Shown here one piece after another: positions 28,846 through 37,903 of a stretch of DNA of 64,000 bases. Numbering within the stretch: position 1 is the first letter of the stretch; every line of letters begins with the position of its first letter. Source of the DNA: a virus. The notes beneath the pieces are model-generated. The model was not told the DNA's origin and did no database searches. It was given only the letters and a program-made list of their open reading frames with translations. Made by a program: the position numbers and the translations under genes. The DNA lies in IMG/VR virus record IMGVR_UViG_3300020034_000005, positions 1-64,000 of that record, one strand, 5' to 3'.

Positions 28846-29511
28846 ATGACGCAGACCATGACCAACCTGGGGACCGTCACCTACAACGGTGAGCCGCTTG
28901 CCCTGGTCGAGTCCAGCTGGAACTCCTGGACCGCCGACGGCATCACCCTCCACATCCTCCCGACCGGCCTGTGGGGAGCCAGCCGCACGGGCAGCTACCC
29001 CACCGGTGCCGACACCCCGCAGGAAGCCCTCGACAACCTCGTCGACCAGGAGCGCAAGGCAGCCCGCGCCGCGACCATCCGGGCCGGGCTCACCGACGGG
29101 CAGAGGTTCGCCCGAGACATGCGCCGCTACCTCGCCATCGGCGCCACCACCCGCCGCTACCGCAAAGGCGCCGACCTCCACGCAGAGATCCTGCGCCTTG
29201 GAATGGAACTGGTCACCAGCGGAACCGAGTACGGATACAGCGAGGACCTGATCAACGCCATCCGTCCGGCCTTCGGCGCGCTGCGGTCCTACGACTCGCA
29301 CATCACGACCGGACGGCTCGGCGGGCTCATCTGCCAGTACATCAACGCGATGTCCCCGTGGCAGCTGCTGGATCTGCTCGCGGAGATGACCGACGCCGGA
29401 ATCACCCACACTGGTGGCGGCGAGCGGTGGCTCCAGGACCTGGCCAAGACCCTCGTCGTCGCCGACGTCAACGCCCTTACCGGACGTCAGACCATCCGCC
29501 GCGCCGCTTAA
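28846..29511 (+). CDS. Hypothetical protein
   Basis: GGGGAG RBS, phage-like codon usage. Confidence 0.65.
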   Translation: MTQTMTNLGTVTYNGEPLALVESSWNSWTADGITLHILPTGLWGASRTGSYPTGADTPQEALDNLVDQERKAARAATIRAGLTDGQRFARDMRRYLAIGATTRRYRKGADLHAEILRLGMELVTSGTEYGYSEDLINAIRPAFGALRSYDSHITTGRLGGLICQYINAMSPWQLLDLLAEMTDAGITHTGGGERWLQDLAKTLVVADVNALTGRQTIRRAA

Positions 29512-29536
29512 TCCGAGCCACCTCAGAGGCGGAGGC

Positions 29537-29719
29537 TCACGCCGCGCGCCCGACCTCGGCCTTCCACGCCTCCGTGTACCCGTGCCGCAACCGCTCGTAC
29601 TCCACCCGCTCCACCGACGACAGCGACCGCCCGTGCCGGGACCGCAGGAACACGCGGATCGCCTCATTCCACACGGACGACGGCCGTGAAGGGCCAGACG
29701 AGGTGGGGGTGGGGGGCAT
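29537..29719 (-). CDS. Small hypothetical protein
   Basis: NEAIRVFL..EYERL pattern. Confidence 0.5.
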   Translation of the reverse strand: MPPTPTSSGPSRPSSVWNEAIRVFLRSRHGRSLSSVERVEYERLRHGYTEAWKAEVGRAA

Positions 29720-29794
29720 GGATCAAGAATACGACGGCGGGCCGCAGATCAGGGCGTCGCAGACGAGACGGCATATGCCGGGTTGGGGCTTTCG

Positions 29795-30040
29795 TCAGGC
29801 CCGCGGCGGGTGGTCAACCACGAACGTCCCGATGCCGCTCTCGCCACGCAGCCACCCCTCCGCACGCAGATGCGCCAAGGCTTTCTGGCTGGTGGAACTG
29901 GCGATCCCCAGCTCGGTGGCCAGACCAAGCGTCGACGGGACACGGCTCCCCGGCGGATAGGTGCCGTCCTCGATCCGTGCAATGACGATCGCGACGACCT
30001 GCCGCCACATCGCCCGCGTCCGGTCCAACTCTCCGCTCAT
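29795..30040 (-). CDS. GntR-family winged-helix regulator (DNA-binding domain only)
   Basis: GTYPPGSRVPS..LATELGI..GIGTFV. Confidence 0.85.
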   Translation of the reverse strand: MSGELDRTRAMWRQVVAIVIARIEDGTYPPGSRVPSTLGLATELGIASSTSQKALAHLRAEGWLRGESGIGTFVVDHPPRA

Positions 30041-30188
30041 GATCCAGACCGTGCCATCCCGCACCCTGCCGCGCGACCGCAGCAACCATCGCCATGGCGC
30101 GGTATGCCGCAGTAAGGTTGCGGGACGAATTGCCCCCGCGACCGATGACGCGGCCCGGGGGTACGGACGACACCGGAGGAGCGCCGCC

Positions 30189-30377
30189 ATGAAGCAGACT
30201 ACCCACCGCCCCGCGCACGCGGCAGAGCCCGCCACCGGGTGGTGCCACTGGCACAAAGGCGCATCCGAGACCGCGGTCCTGGTCCAGATCATCGAGCAGG
30301 CGTCGGCGTCCGGGGCCCGCCTGTACGCGTGCACCCCGTGCAGGGAACAGCACCACTTGGTCCCGGAGGCGTCATGA
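30189..30377 (+). CDS. Small Zn-finger protein divergent from GntR
   Basis: WCHWH..YACTPCRE; GGAGG RBS. Confidence 0.65.
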   Translation: MKQTTHRPAHAAEPATGWCHWHKGASETAVLVQIIEQASASGARLYACTPCREQHHLVPEAS

Positions 30378-30586
30378 CCGAGGGCTACAAGATCGGCGAC
30401 TGGGTGTTCAGTGAGGACTACGGGCGCGGCGCCGGCGAGGTCATCATGGACCTCGGCGACGGACTGCTGCGCGCCGTGTTCGCGCGCGCCGAGGCCACGG
30501 TCCGCACCTACGCTGTACGCCGGGCGACCGATGAGGAGATCGCGGCGGCCCGTCAGGTACGCCAGGCCCGTGAGGCCTCCCGGTGA
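30374..30586 (+). CDS. Small SH3-like hypothetical protein
   Basis: YKIGDWV..GEVI; ATGA overlap. Confidence 0.55.
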   Translation: MTEGYKIGDWVFSEDYGRGAGEVIMDLGDGLLRAVFARAEATVRTYAVRRATDEEIAAARQVRQAREASR

Positions 30587-30753
30587 GCGCCCCCACCGGG
30601 TACCGCAGCCCCGAATGCCGGGCCGCGGGCACCGACTGGCCGGACGGACACCGCCTCTGCCACGGACCCTGCGCCACCCCTGCGCCCGGTGGCGGGATAC
30701 CCGTTCAGGTCCTGCACTGCGCCTGCCCCTGCCATCGCAGGCCGCGCCCCTGA
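30583..30753 (+). CDS. 56-aa Cys/His protein ending CACPCH
   Basis: GTGA overlap; below ORF-track cutoff, translated by eye. Confidence 0.5.
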   Translation: MSAPTGYRSPECRAAGTDWPDGHRLCHGPCATPAPGGGIPVQVLHCACPCHRRPRP

Positions 30754-31015
30754 ACTCCCCGCCCGCGCGTCCGACGGCGGTCCCGCGGGCGGGGTCAACC
30801 GCTTCACCGGTGGCCTAGACCTCTGCTGTTGATGAAGGCTCTGGCCAGCGGTTTATACGGTGCGCGATCAGTTCACACCCCCTGAGTGCCGTGTGCATAT
30901 ATCTGCATGTAGGCGCCCTTGCGCTTACCGTCACAACAAGGAATGGTCAAGGCAAAGAAGCTGACTCCCCAGTCAGCTCATGCACCCCGGACCCCGGTGC
31001 GCGCGTCCATGCATG

Positions 31016-31243
31016 TCAGCTCAGGAGGTCCTTCACGTGCACCCGCAGCGCACGCGCGATCCGCAACAAGTGGCTGGTCTTCGACTCCCCGCCGTACTCG
31101 ATGCGCTGAATCGTGCTGCGGTCCAACTCCGACAGCTCGGCAAGCCGCTCCTGGGTCATGTCGAGGTACAGCCGGCGCACGCGCACGCGGTCGCCGATGG
31201 CCCGTCGGGCATCGAGGATCCACTGCGGCTGGTCGGCTGGCAT
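31016..31243 (-). CDS. XRE-family HTH regulator
   Basis: MTQERLAELSELDRSTIQRIE..LLRIARAL. Confidence 0.85.
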   Translation of the reverse strand: MPADQPQWILDARRAIGDRVRVRRLYLDMTQERLAELSELDRSTIQRIEYGGESKTSHLLRIARALRVHVKDLLS

Positions 31244-31417
31244 CAGACAAACGCTCGACCGCAGATGATCTTATGTCAGCAGCAGATTTGCGGCATCTTT
31301 CGATCATGAAGAGCTGACCGGGCGCCCCAGACCCCGCCGCCCGGTCTCACCACCCATACCGCTCCAGCCCTGCGGCGCTCTGGCATATGCCGCAGGGCTG
31401 GGGCTAGTGTCCATAAA

Positions 31418-31433
31418 TCGAACGTGCGTTCAC
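31418..31433 (+). promoter_or_regulatory. LexA (SOS) box just downstream of -10-like TAGTGT
   Basis: TCGAAC-GTGC-GTTCAC; preceded by hairpin 31364-31401. Confidence 0.6.
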
Positions 31434-31567
31434 TCGAAAGGATGAACAACCACGTGGGAACCGCATCCGTTGGACAGGGAAATTTGGTAGCGCTCTGGCT
31501 CAGGCCGGCGCGCCCACACGGGACCGCCGCTCCTGCCGCGGCGGTCCACGCCGACGGAGAGACACCG

Positions 31568-31798
31568 ATGACCCCCGACGCAATCCTCGCCCTCTACCCC
31601 TGGACGACCGGGTCGTGCTTCCGCTGCAGCGAGGACGACGTGTTCGTCACGCACATCGACGACATCGTCACCCCCTCCGGCGACGTCTACCGGCTGAGCG
31701 CCTGCGGCAGCTGCGTCATCATCCTCGAGACCGAGCGCTGGCGGCACGCCCTCCGCAAGGGAGAGGTGTACGAGCCGGGCCTACTCGGCGCATCGTAG
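31568..31798 (+). CDS. Small Zn-finger protein
   Basis: CFRC..ACGSC; GGAGAG RBS. Confidence 0.6.
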   Translation: MTPDAILALYPWTTGSCFRCSEDDVFVTHIDDIVTPSGDVYRLSACGSCVIILETERWRHALRKGEVYEPGLLGAS

Positions 31799-31876
31799 AG
31801 ACACCCCGCCCATCACGCCGCCCCGCAGACCGCGAGGCGGCTTTCCGCTGGAGACACCCTGGCGGAGGGCCCGTTT

Positions 31877-32155
31877 CTGGGGAGCGCCTGGGGAGAATCT
31901 GGGGGTGGGCGGCACCTGGGGAGAGGTGGATCGGAACCCAACGACCCACCATCGGAACTCAACGCAACGCATCGGAACAGTCAAAAGGGCAGTTCAGCAC
32001 CATCCCGCAAAACGATTGAGGGGAACCCGCAGGCCCAGGATGCACGGCTAACAAAACCCGGCGTACAGGCCGACTCGTCCGCTGTCTGAACCTCTGACCT
32101 GGGAACTCTTGCCGAGTTCCTAGATCAACTGGGGTGCTGGGGAGAATCTGGGGAG
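31877..32155. mobile_element. attP: CTGGGGAG arm-type repeats on both sides, ATCGGAAC repeats, rnpB-like core
   Basis: CTGGGGAG at 31877, 31888, 31916, 32137, 32148; ATCGGAAC at 31930, 31951, 31971; adjacent to integrase 3' end. Confidence 0.85.
32051..32083 (+). ncRNA. rnpB: Fragment resembling the 3' end of RNase P RNA (attP core), not a full gene
   Basis: ACAAAACCCGGCGTACAGGCCGACTCGTCCGCT resembles conserved region V and 3' P1 strand (ACAGAAYCCGGCKTAC..) of actinobacterial rnpB, recalled from memory. Confidence 0.75.
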
Positions 32156-32163
32156 ATCCATTT

Positions 32164-33501
32164 CTAAATGGAGTCCTCGGGCGCCTCATCCGCTCCACCG
32201 GCGTCATCCGAGCCGACGTCGGGGGTGAGCCACCGGCCGAGCGCCGTCAGCCCCATTGTCCCAGACGTCGGCAAGAAGTGGGCGTAGGTCCGCAACGTGA
32301 ACGCCGGATCTCCATGGCCGAGCCACGACGCCAGCTGAGTGATCGTCTCACCGGCCGCCAGCACGATCGACGAGAACGTATGGCGGGTGACGTGAAACCC
32401 GTCCTCCCGCGGCATGGCCCACTTCTTGCGCAGCGCGCGCTTGCCCTTCGCCGTCACGCTCTCCACGACCGTCGGCTCGGGCAGCACACCCGCCCGGCCG
32501 AGCGCCGGCTTCCACTGCTTCTCATCGAAGGTCGACCGGTTGATCGCGCCCCCGGCGCCGCCGTTGATCCTGGAGGTGACCACAAGAAGACGTACTGTCC
32601 GCATCGGCCGGCTCGTCCACGCGATGTTCGGCCGGTCGGGGTCAACCCAGCGCAGCGTCACCTCGACCGTGGGGTACGAGTTCGCGTACTCCTTCACCGC
32701 CGCGGCGAGCTCTACAGGGCACGGTGCGTCACGCAGCTTCCCCCGCTTCGGCGGGGCGAACGCCAGCTTCCCCCCGACCTTCACGATCTGCCGACGGACA
32801 TGGATGATCTCACCGTCGATGTCGTCGGGGGAGAAGCCGAAGCATTCGCCCTGACGGAGGCCGGCCGCCACGCCCAGGTCCAGCAGGATCCGGTAACGCG
32901 CATCGAGCCCAGCTCGCACAGCGGCCACAGTCTCTGGCGACCAGGCCTTTGCCGTCGACGGTGGTGACGCAGGCGGCGACAAGTCCTCGTCGCGGAAAGG
33001 GTTCTCCGCAATCCGCTTCGCCTTGTGCGCGGCCTGGAGAATCGACGAGAAGTACCGCCACGTGGTGCGCACCGTGTTGACGTCGACATCCTCCTCGACC
33101 CGGATCAACCAACCCTTGATCTCGTCCGAGCCGATGCGGTTCAGAGGCATGCTGCCCATGTGCGGCAGGATGTGCTTGAACACTCGCGGGCGCATCGACT
33201 CCTTGGTCGTCGGAGGCACCCGCAGGTTCGGCCACCACGTTTTGCGCACGTACTCGTCGAGGGTGATGTTGCCGTCCCGCGGGTCGTAGAACGTGCCGCG
33301 GGTCGAGTCGGTGGCGGACGCCTTCAACCAGGCCTTGGCCGGGACTTCCTTGGTGAACGAACGGTCGCGCACTCCGGGGATCCCGGCGACCCGCCAGCGT
33401 TTGCCCTTGCCGTGCCGGTCCGTGGGAACCCGGGTCGGCTTGCCCGTCTCAGGGTCTGCGGGGCCCTTCTTGTACCAGCGGTCCTCGATATACCCGGCCA
33501 T
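32164..33501 (-). CDS. int: Tyrosine integrase
   Basis: Arm-binding N-terminus; GLRQGE, PPK, FHVTRHTF, LGH, RTY catalytic motifs. Confidence 0.95.
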   Translation of the reverse strand: MAGYIEDRWYKKGPADPETGKPTRVPTDRHGKGKRWRVAGIPGVRDRSFTKEVPAKAWLKASATDSTRGTFYDPRDGNITLDEYVRKTWWPNLRVPPTTKESMRPRVFKHILPHMGSMPLNRIGSDEIKGWLIRVEEDVDVNTVRTTWRYFSSILQAAHKAKRIAENPFRDEDLSPPASPPSTAKAWSPETVAAVRAGLDARYRILLDLGVAAGLRQGECFGFSPDDIDGEIIHVRRQIVKVGGKLAFAPPKRGKLRDAPCPVELAAAVKEYANSYPTVEVTLRWVDPDRPNIAWTSRPMRTVRLLVVTSRINGGAGGAINRSTFDEKQWKPALGRAGVLPEPTVVESVTAKGKRALRKKWAMPREDGFHVTRHTFSSIVLAAGETITQLASWLGHGDPAFTLRTYAHFLPTSGTMGLTALGRWLTPDVGSDDAGGADEAPEDSI

Positions 33502-33733
33502 GACGCGCCCCCTTGAACGCCGGTGAGCGCGCCGTTATGACCTCGCCACGCCACAGTTGGAACCACTGTCCCCCGGCGAGGAGCTGCGTGACGGCCGAAT
33601 TGAGAGCCGCTACCCCTTCCGGGAGGAACAGTCCGCCGGCGAGCTCGTAGTTCACCCACCCCCGGCCTTCCTTGATACGGACGGGCGCGTCCTCGGAAAG
33701 GCTGGCCGACAACTCGAAGTTGATATTGAGCAC
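33449..33733 (-). CDS. Hypothetical protein between repressor and integrase
   Basis: ORF with RBS-like GGGGG; typical position. Confidence 0.5.
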   Translation of the reverse strand: MLNINFELSASLSEDAPVRIKEGRGWVNYELAGGLFLPEGVAALNSAVTQLLAGGQWFQLWRGEVITARSPAFKGARHGRVYRGPLVQEGPRRP

Positions 33734-33888
33734 GATCTACCCCCTCTGGGGCAATCAGGGAGGTGGGGGACCCCTGTGGTGAAAGTGTCCGGACCCGGAA
33801 ACATAACCCGACTTGGGTCGGTCTTCAACGGTCTGTTATGGATCCAGTTCAGGCATCAAGTAGAACCGCAGGCCAGCGACTTGTATGA

Positions 33889-34347
33889 CTATTCGGCGTC
33901 CCGTTTTGCGCGCTCGTCGGCCTCGATCATCGCCTTCCAGCGGCGGATCTCACCCTTCTCCATGCCCGCGAGGTGGGCGACGATGACGCGCACGTCCTCG
34001 TCGTAGCCGGCGAGCTCAGTGGCCTTGTAGTTCAGAAACTGGATCGCGGCGGCGCGCTGCACCACGGTGAGCGGCCTCTGGAGGCCGAAGGAGATGGCTT
34101 CCAGTCGCTCAGGAGTGGGGGCGGTGGCAATGGAGTTCGTGGCCATCTTCTGGAAATACGGCTTGGACAGCGGGACGCCGGCTGCTGCCGAGCGGTCGGC
34201 CATCTGCCGGTAGGAGACGCCGCGCCCGTCGTCGTTGATCTCGCGGATCATCTGGCTCAGGGCGTCGCGGTCCATGTCCCTGACAAGGTTGTCGGGAAGA
34301 CCGGACGTGGTGTCGTCGCGGGTGGGGGTGGGGGCAGGTGCCTCCAT
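33889..34347 (-). CDS. Putative immunity repressor (XRE-like HTH)
   Basis: VSYRQMADRS..LSKPY..PTPERLEAIS; divergent from cro-like gene. Confidence 0.75.
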   Translation of the reverse strand: MEAPAPTPTRDDTTSGLPDNLVRDMDRDALSQMIREINDDGRGVSYRQMADRSAAAGVPLSKPYFQKMATNSIATAPTPERLEAISFGLQRPLTVVQRAAAIQFLNYKATELAGYDEDVRVIVAHLAGMEKGEIRRWKAMIEADERAKRDAE

Positions 34348-34589
34348 GCCGCTGTCTCCTCGGGTCTCATTCACACCGACTGTCTCTCGTGTAGTCCGCG
34401 CTGACTCTACAAATGGCAGGCCAGGCCGTACAACCATCGACGCACAAAGACGAATCGTCTACAGGTTGATGGTAACTAAGCGGTCGGTTCAGGGAAACTT
34501 CACTTCCGGCCGTTCGGATCTGTAGACGCAGCGGGTTTGATCTGATTCACTGTTCCCATCGAGAGCCGCACCGTTCCGATGGAGATCCT

Positions 34590-34910
34590 TTGAACGTCCG
34601 CTATAACCTCCGCGCCCCACACATCCTGAGATGGGTGATGGATCACCCCGGGAGAGGGGTGCCCTACAGCACGCGAGAGCTCGCCAAGGAGATCGGACTC
34701 AGCTACCACAGCCTGATCGGACACCTCCTCACCGGCAAGCTCACCGACTGCCCCATCGAAGTCGCCCACCGCATCGCGGAGGTCACCGGCGTCGCCGTAC
34801 TGGTGCTTTTCGCGCCCCCAGCGTCTCCAGAACAGAACGAATCGGATCAAGACCGCAGTCGAAAGTCAGATGCGCTGCCCCCGCCCCCACCCCCAGGAGT
34901 ACCCCAGTGA
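34590..34910 (+). CDS. Cro-like HTH protein
   Basis: YSTRELAKEIGLS..IGHLLTG..AHRIAE..LF. Confidence 0.75.
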   Translation: MNVRYNLRAPHILRWVMDHPGRGVPYSTRELAKEIGLSYHSLIGHLLTGKLTDCPIEVAHRIAEVTGVAVLVLFAPPASPEQNESDQDRSRKSDALPPPPPPGVPQ

Positions 34911-35242
34911 CGAAGACCAGGAAGTTGGCCCAGCAGAAGCCCCCGCCCGGGGTTGTCTGGATCTACGACTACACGGACCCCGAGACCGGTGAAGTACTCC
35001 TCCCCGGAATCGCGACCCGTCTGGGCATCTCCCCGAACACCTTCCGGAAGTGGCGGATGGCCGACAAAGGGCCGAAGTCGTTCCTTCTCGGCAAGCCCGT
35101 CGCCGCGTTCATCGAGGACATAGACGCCTGGATCGCAGAGCAGGGCGGCCGGGAGTACGCGGCGGCAGTAGAGGCCCGCGCCGAGGGCCGGCCGCCGGAG
35201 CCCCGCCGCTCCACCGCCAAGCCGCTCGTACCTGCCGCCTGA
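34907..35242 (+). CDS. Excisionase / AlpA-like DNA-binding protein
   Basis: IATRLGISPNTFRKWR..GPKS..DIDAWI. Confidence 0.7.
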   Translation: MTKTRKLAQQKPPPGVVWIYDYTDPETGEVLLPGIATRLGISPNTFRKWRMADKGPKSFLLGKPVAAFIEDIDAWIAEQGGREYAAAVEARAEGRPPEPRRSTAKPLVPAA

Positions 35243-35340
35243 CGCGGCAAACAGCCCCAACCACCGGTGGTCAGAGACCGGCAGCCGGGGCCTAGAGGAC
35301 TCCCTCACCTGCAACTACCTGCAAGCGAAAGAAGACCGTC

Positions 35341-35748
35341 GTGTCTCCATCCAACCAGAACCCTGACCCTGCCGCCTTCTTCGGCCTGGTCGAAGACATC
35401 CCTGAGCTGTCCGTGTGGGAGGCGTCGTTCGATGCCGCCGAGGACTTTCTGACGGAGACCCGTCCGGAGGGCTTCCAGGTCGAGGACATCGGCCGCCACG
35501 CCTGGGACCGCCTGCCCGAGAGGGACCGTCCGGCCGCGCTGAACGCCCTGTTCTACACGTACTGGTCGGCGATGGTGAGTGACCGCGAGGAGTTGGCCCG
35601 GTTCGAGCGGGACAACGACATGCGGGTCCTCCTCCGGGGCCGCCTGGATGAGTACGAGGACCTGGCCGCGGTCTCGATCCCCGCGCCTGCCGCCCTCGTC
35701 GCGGACATCGCAGCACTGGCCCGCCAGCTCGTCGGAGGTGCGGCATGA
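35341..35748 (+). CDS. Hypothetical protein
   Basis: First gene of coupled early operon. Confidence 0.6.
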   Translation: MSPSNQNPDPAAFFGLVEDIPELSVWEASFDAAEDFLTETRPEGFQVEDIGRHAWDRLPERDRPAALNALFYTYWSAMVSDREELARFERDNDMRVLLRGRLDEYEDLAAVSIPAPAALVADIAALARQLVGGAA

Positions 35749-36308
35749 ACGCCGTGAAGTGCAGCTGCATGTTCGGCCCGCGCACGGTCGACGGCGAAGT
35801 TGTCCACGAGGATGGCTGCCGGGTGACCCACCCGGTCCGTCACGCCTCCTGGCAGTCCATCCTCACGCTGGTCGCCGACCTGCCGGAGGGGACGGGTGGC
35901 ACGTCCCGGAGCATCGGGGAGTTCACCGAGGACGGCTTGGGCGGCAGTGCGATGCACGCCGCTTACACAGTGGGTCAGCCGGACGGTTCCGACACGGTCT
36001 ACACGATCACCGTGGCTGTCGAGCGGTCTGTCGACCATAACGACTCGTTCTGGGGTCCGGGCGGCACCCGTGACGGCGACGACCCGACGAAGCGGGTTGT
36101 GGTCGACGGGACGCACTACATCCTCGGTGACGACCGCCCCGGCGACACCTTCAAGGGATTCAGTGGGCACCGCTTCGACATCGAGTTCTTCGACGGCCGC
36201 ACAGTTGCCACTCGGGATCTCTGGTACCAGGGCGTGATCCCGCCGAAGTGGCGCGAGCGCTACCCCGACAACGCTCGCTTCATCCCCGCATCGGCGGTGA
36301 CGTCATGA
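35745..36308 (+). CDS. Hypothetical protein
   Basis: ATGA coupling; GFSG..T.DLWYQGVIP..PDNARF. Confidence 0.65.
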   Translation: MNAVKCSCMFGPRTVDGEVVHEDGCRVTHPVRHASWQSILTLVADLPEGTGGTSRSIGEFTEDGLGGSAMHAAYTVGQPDGSDTVYTITVAVERSVDHNDSFWGPGGTRDGDDPTKRVVVDGTHYILGDDRPGDTFKGFSGHRFDIEFFDGRTVATRDLWYQGVIPPKWRERYPDNARFIPASAVTS

Positions 36309-36607
36309 GCGCCCGCAAGGCCTTGTATGCCGCGCTGATGGTGGGCGGCCCGCACTCTCCGGAGCGATCCGACCGGGCGAGCGCACGGATCGATGCCTAC
36401 CGCGCCGAGATCGTGGCCGCCACTCTCGCCGAGGTCGACCGCCTGCGCGCCGAGCTGGCCCGCCGGACTCCGGACACCTACCTGGCTGCTGCTGCTCTGA
36501 TCGAGGACCGGGCGTGCGACGCCGATTTCACCCACACCCCGCAGCACATTGCCGGGCTGCGTGAGGCCGTCGAGCTGCTGACCCGACGGGCCGGTGAAGT
36601 CCGATGA
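36305..36607 (+). CDS. Hypothetical protein
   Basis: ATGA coupling. Confidence 0.55.
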   Translation: MSARKALYAALMVGGPHSPERSDRASARIDAYRAEIVAATLAEVDRLRAELARRTPDTYLAAAALIEDRACDADFTHTPQHIAGLREAVELLTRRAGEVR

Positions 36608-36653
36608 GCGCCCGAGCTGACAACCTGCGCCGCCAGACCGAGGAGGCGACCTC

Positions 36654-36869
36654 ATGAGTGTGCGAACTGTCCGCTTCCTGGACTGCGAGGGGCACGCCCT
36701 CCGCAACGACATCTCACTGTGCGGCGAGACGGAGCAGGGATTCCCCTGGGAGGCCGCCGTCGAACTGCGCCGCCGGGCTCGCTCTGAGGGGTGGCGGCGG
36801 ATCGACGGGCGCGACATTGGCCCCGAGTGTGCCGAGGTCCTCACCCAAGCGACGGAGGCGTCCCGATGA
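36654..36869 (+). CDS. Small Zn-binding hypothetical protein
   Basis: C..C..GW..GPEC. Confidence 0.55.
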   Translation: MSVRTVRFLDCEGHALRNDISLCGETEQGFPWEAAVELRRRARSEGWRRIDGRDIGPECAEVLTQATEASR

Positions 36870-37078
36870 CTGCCGCCGACATCGCCCGCCTGGACGTACC
36901 GCAGGCCTCGCTGGAGCAGCAGATCGCGGAGCTGCGGGCGCACGCCGAGCAGCACCTCGCCGAGCGCGGAGAGTCCCCGTCGTCCTATCTCCTCGTCGAC
37001 TGGCACGACTTCCTCGACATCGACCCCGACCTGCGGGGCCGCAACTACACGCCACCGGAGGCGTCCGATGAGCACTGA
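36866..37078 (+). CDS. Hypothetical protein
   Basis: ATGA coupling, GGAGG RBS. Confidence 0.5.
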   Translation: MTAADIARLDVPQASLEQQIAELRAHAEQHLAERGESPSSYLLVDWHDFLDIDPDLRGRNYTPPEASDEH

Positions 37079-37304
37079 ACCGAATCTCCCCGACGTCCCG
37101 TCAGGGCCGGTGGAGTCCTCACCGGGGCCGTGGCTGGACGGCAACGGCAACACGGCGGTCCTGCACCACGTGCTGGCGCAAGCCGGAGTCGAGCTGGGCG
37201 CCTATGACCTGTCGACGCTCGCCTGGCTCGCCGGGTGGGAGTCCTCGACGGTCCTCACCATCGCCTCCTGGGTACACCGCGCATCGGCTGGAGGCCCGGC
37301 ATGA
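37068..37304 (+). CDS. Hypothetical protein
   Basis: GVELGAYD..WLAGWE..IASWV. Confidence 0.55.
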   Translation: MSTEPNLPDVPSGPVESSPGPWLDGNGNTAVLHHVLAQAGVELGAYDLSTLAWLAGWESSTVLTIASWVHRASAGGPA

Positions 37305-37903
37305 CCGACTACCCCGAGGCGGCTGCCCGCTTCGCCCGCGAGACCCGTGGCCACGAGATGACCGTCCTGCACGACGACGGCCTGTACCGGCACCTCGTGT
37401 TCGCCGACCCTGACGGCGGCTTCTACCGCTTCGACCTGATCACCTGGCCGCACAACGCGTTCCTGCGCGGCGACGGCTTCAGCTTCGGCTTCTCGATCTA
37501 CCCGACCAAGGACATCTTCGACGTGTTCCGGGGTTCGAGCAGCGGCGGCATCAACCCCGGCTACTGGCAGGAGAAGGTGACTGCCGGGAAGGTTCAGGAC
37601 TGGTCGGAGGACCTCTTCCGCACCTGGGTGATCGGCGAGGCCGCAAAGGGCGAGAGTCGCCATCCGGGTCTGGTCGAAGCGGTCGGCAAGCAGATCCTGC
37701 ACTCGGACGAGCACAGCCTGGAGTACCGGGGCACCGCCGAGTACGCGGTTGCCTCGTTCCGCCACGGCGACTACCGGCTGCGCTTCCCGAACGACTGGGA
37801 GAAGGACTTCGAGGACTTCTCGTGGGAGTACCTGTTCGCCTGCCACGCCATCCTGTTCGGCATCCGCCAGTACGACGCCGCACGTCAGGCGGTGGCCGCA
37901 TGA
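37301..37903 (+). CDS. Conserved phage hypothetical protein
   Basis: HDDGLYRHL..FDLITWP..INPGYWQEK motifs. Confidence 0.7.
   Translation: MTDYPEAAARFARETRGHEMTVLHDDGLYRHLVFADPDGGFYRFDLITWPHNAFLRGDGFSFGFSIYPTKDIFDVFRGSSSGGINPGYWQEKVTAGKVQDWSEDLFRTWVIGEAAKGESRHPGLVEAVGKQILHSDEHSLEYRGTAEYAVASFRHGDYRLRFPNDWEKDFEDFSWEYLFACHAILFGIRQYDAARQAVAA

Noticed and set aside
32051-32083. Complete phage-encoded RNase P RNA or tRNA gene
   Set aside because: Only about 33 nt of the 3' end are recognisable; no upstream RNase P core or tRNA cloverleaf seen
31877-32155. Short repeats as a possible mini CRISPR array
   Set aside because: Repeats are 8 bp and irregularly spaced, with no cas genes; better explained as attP arm sites
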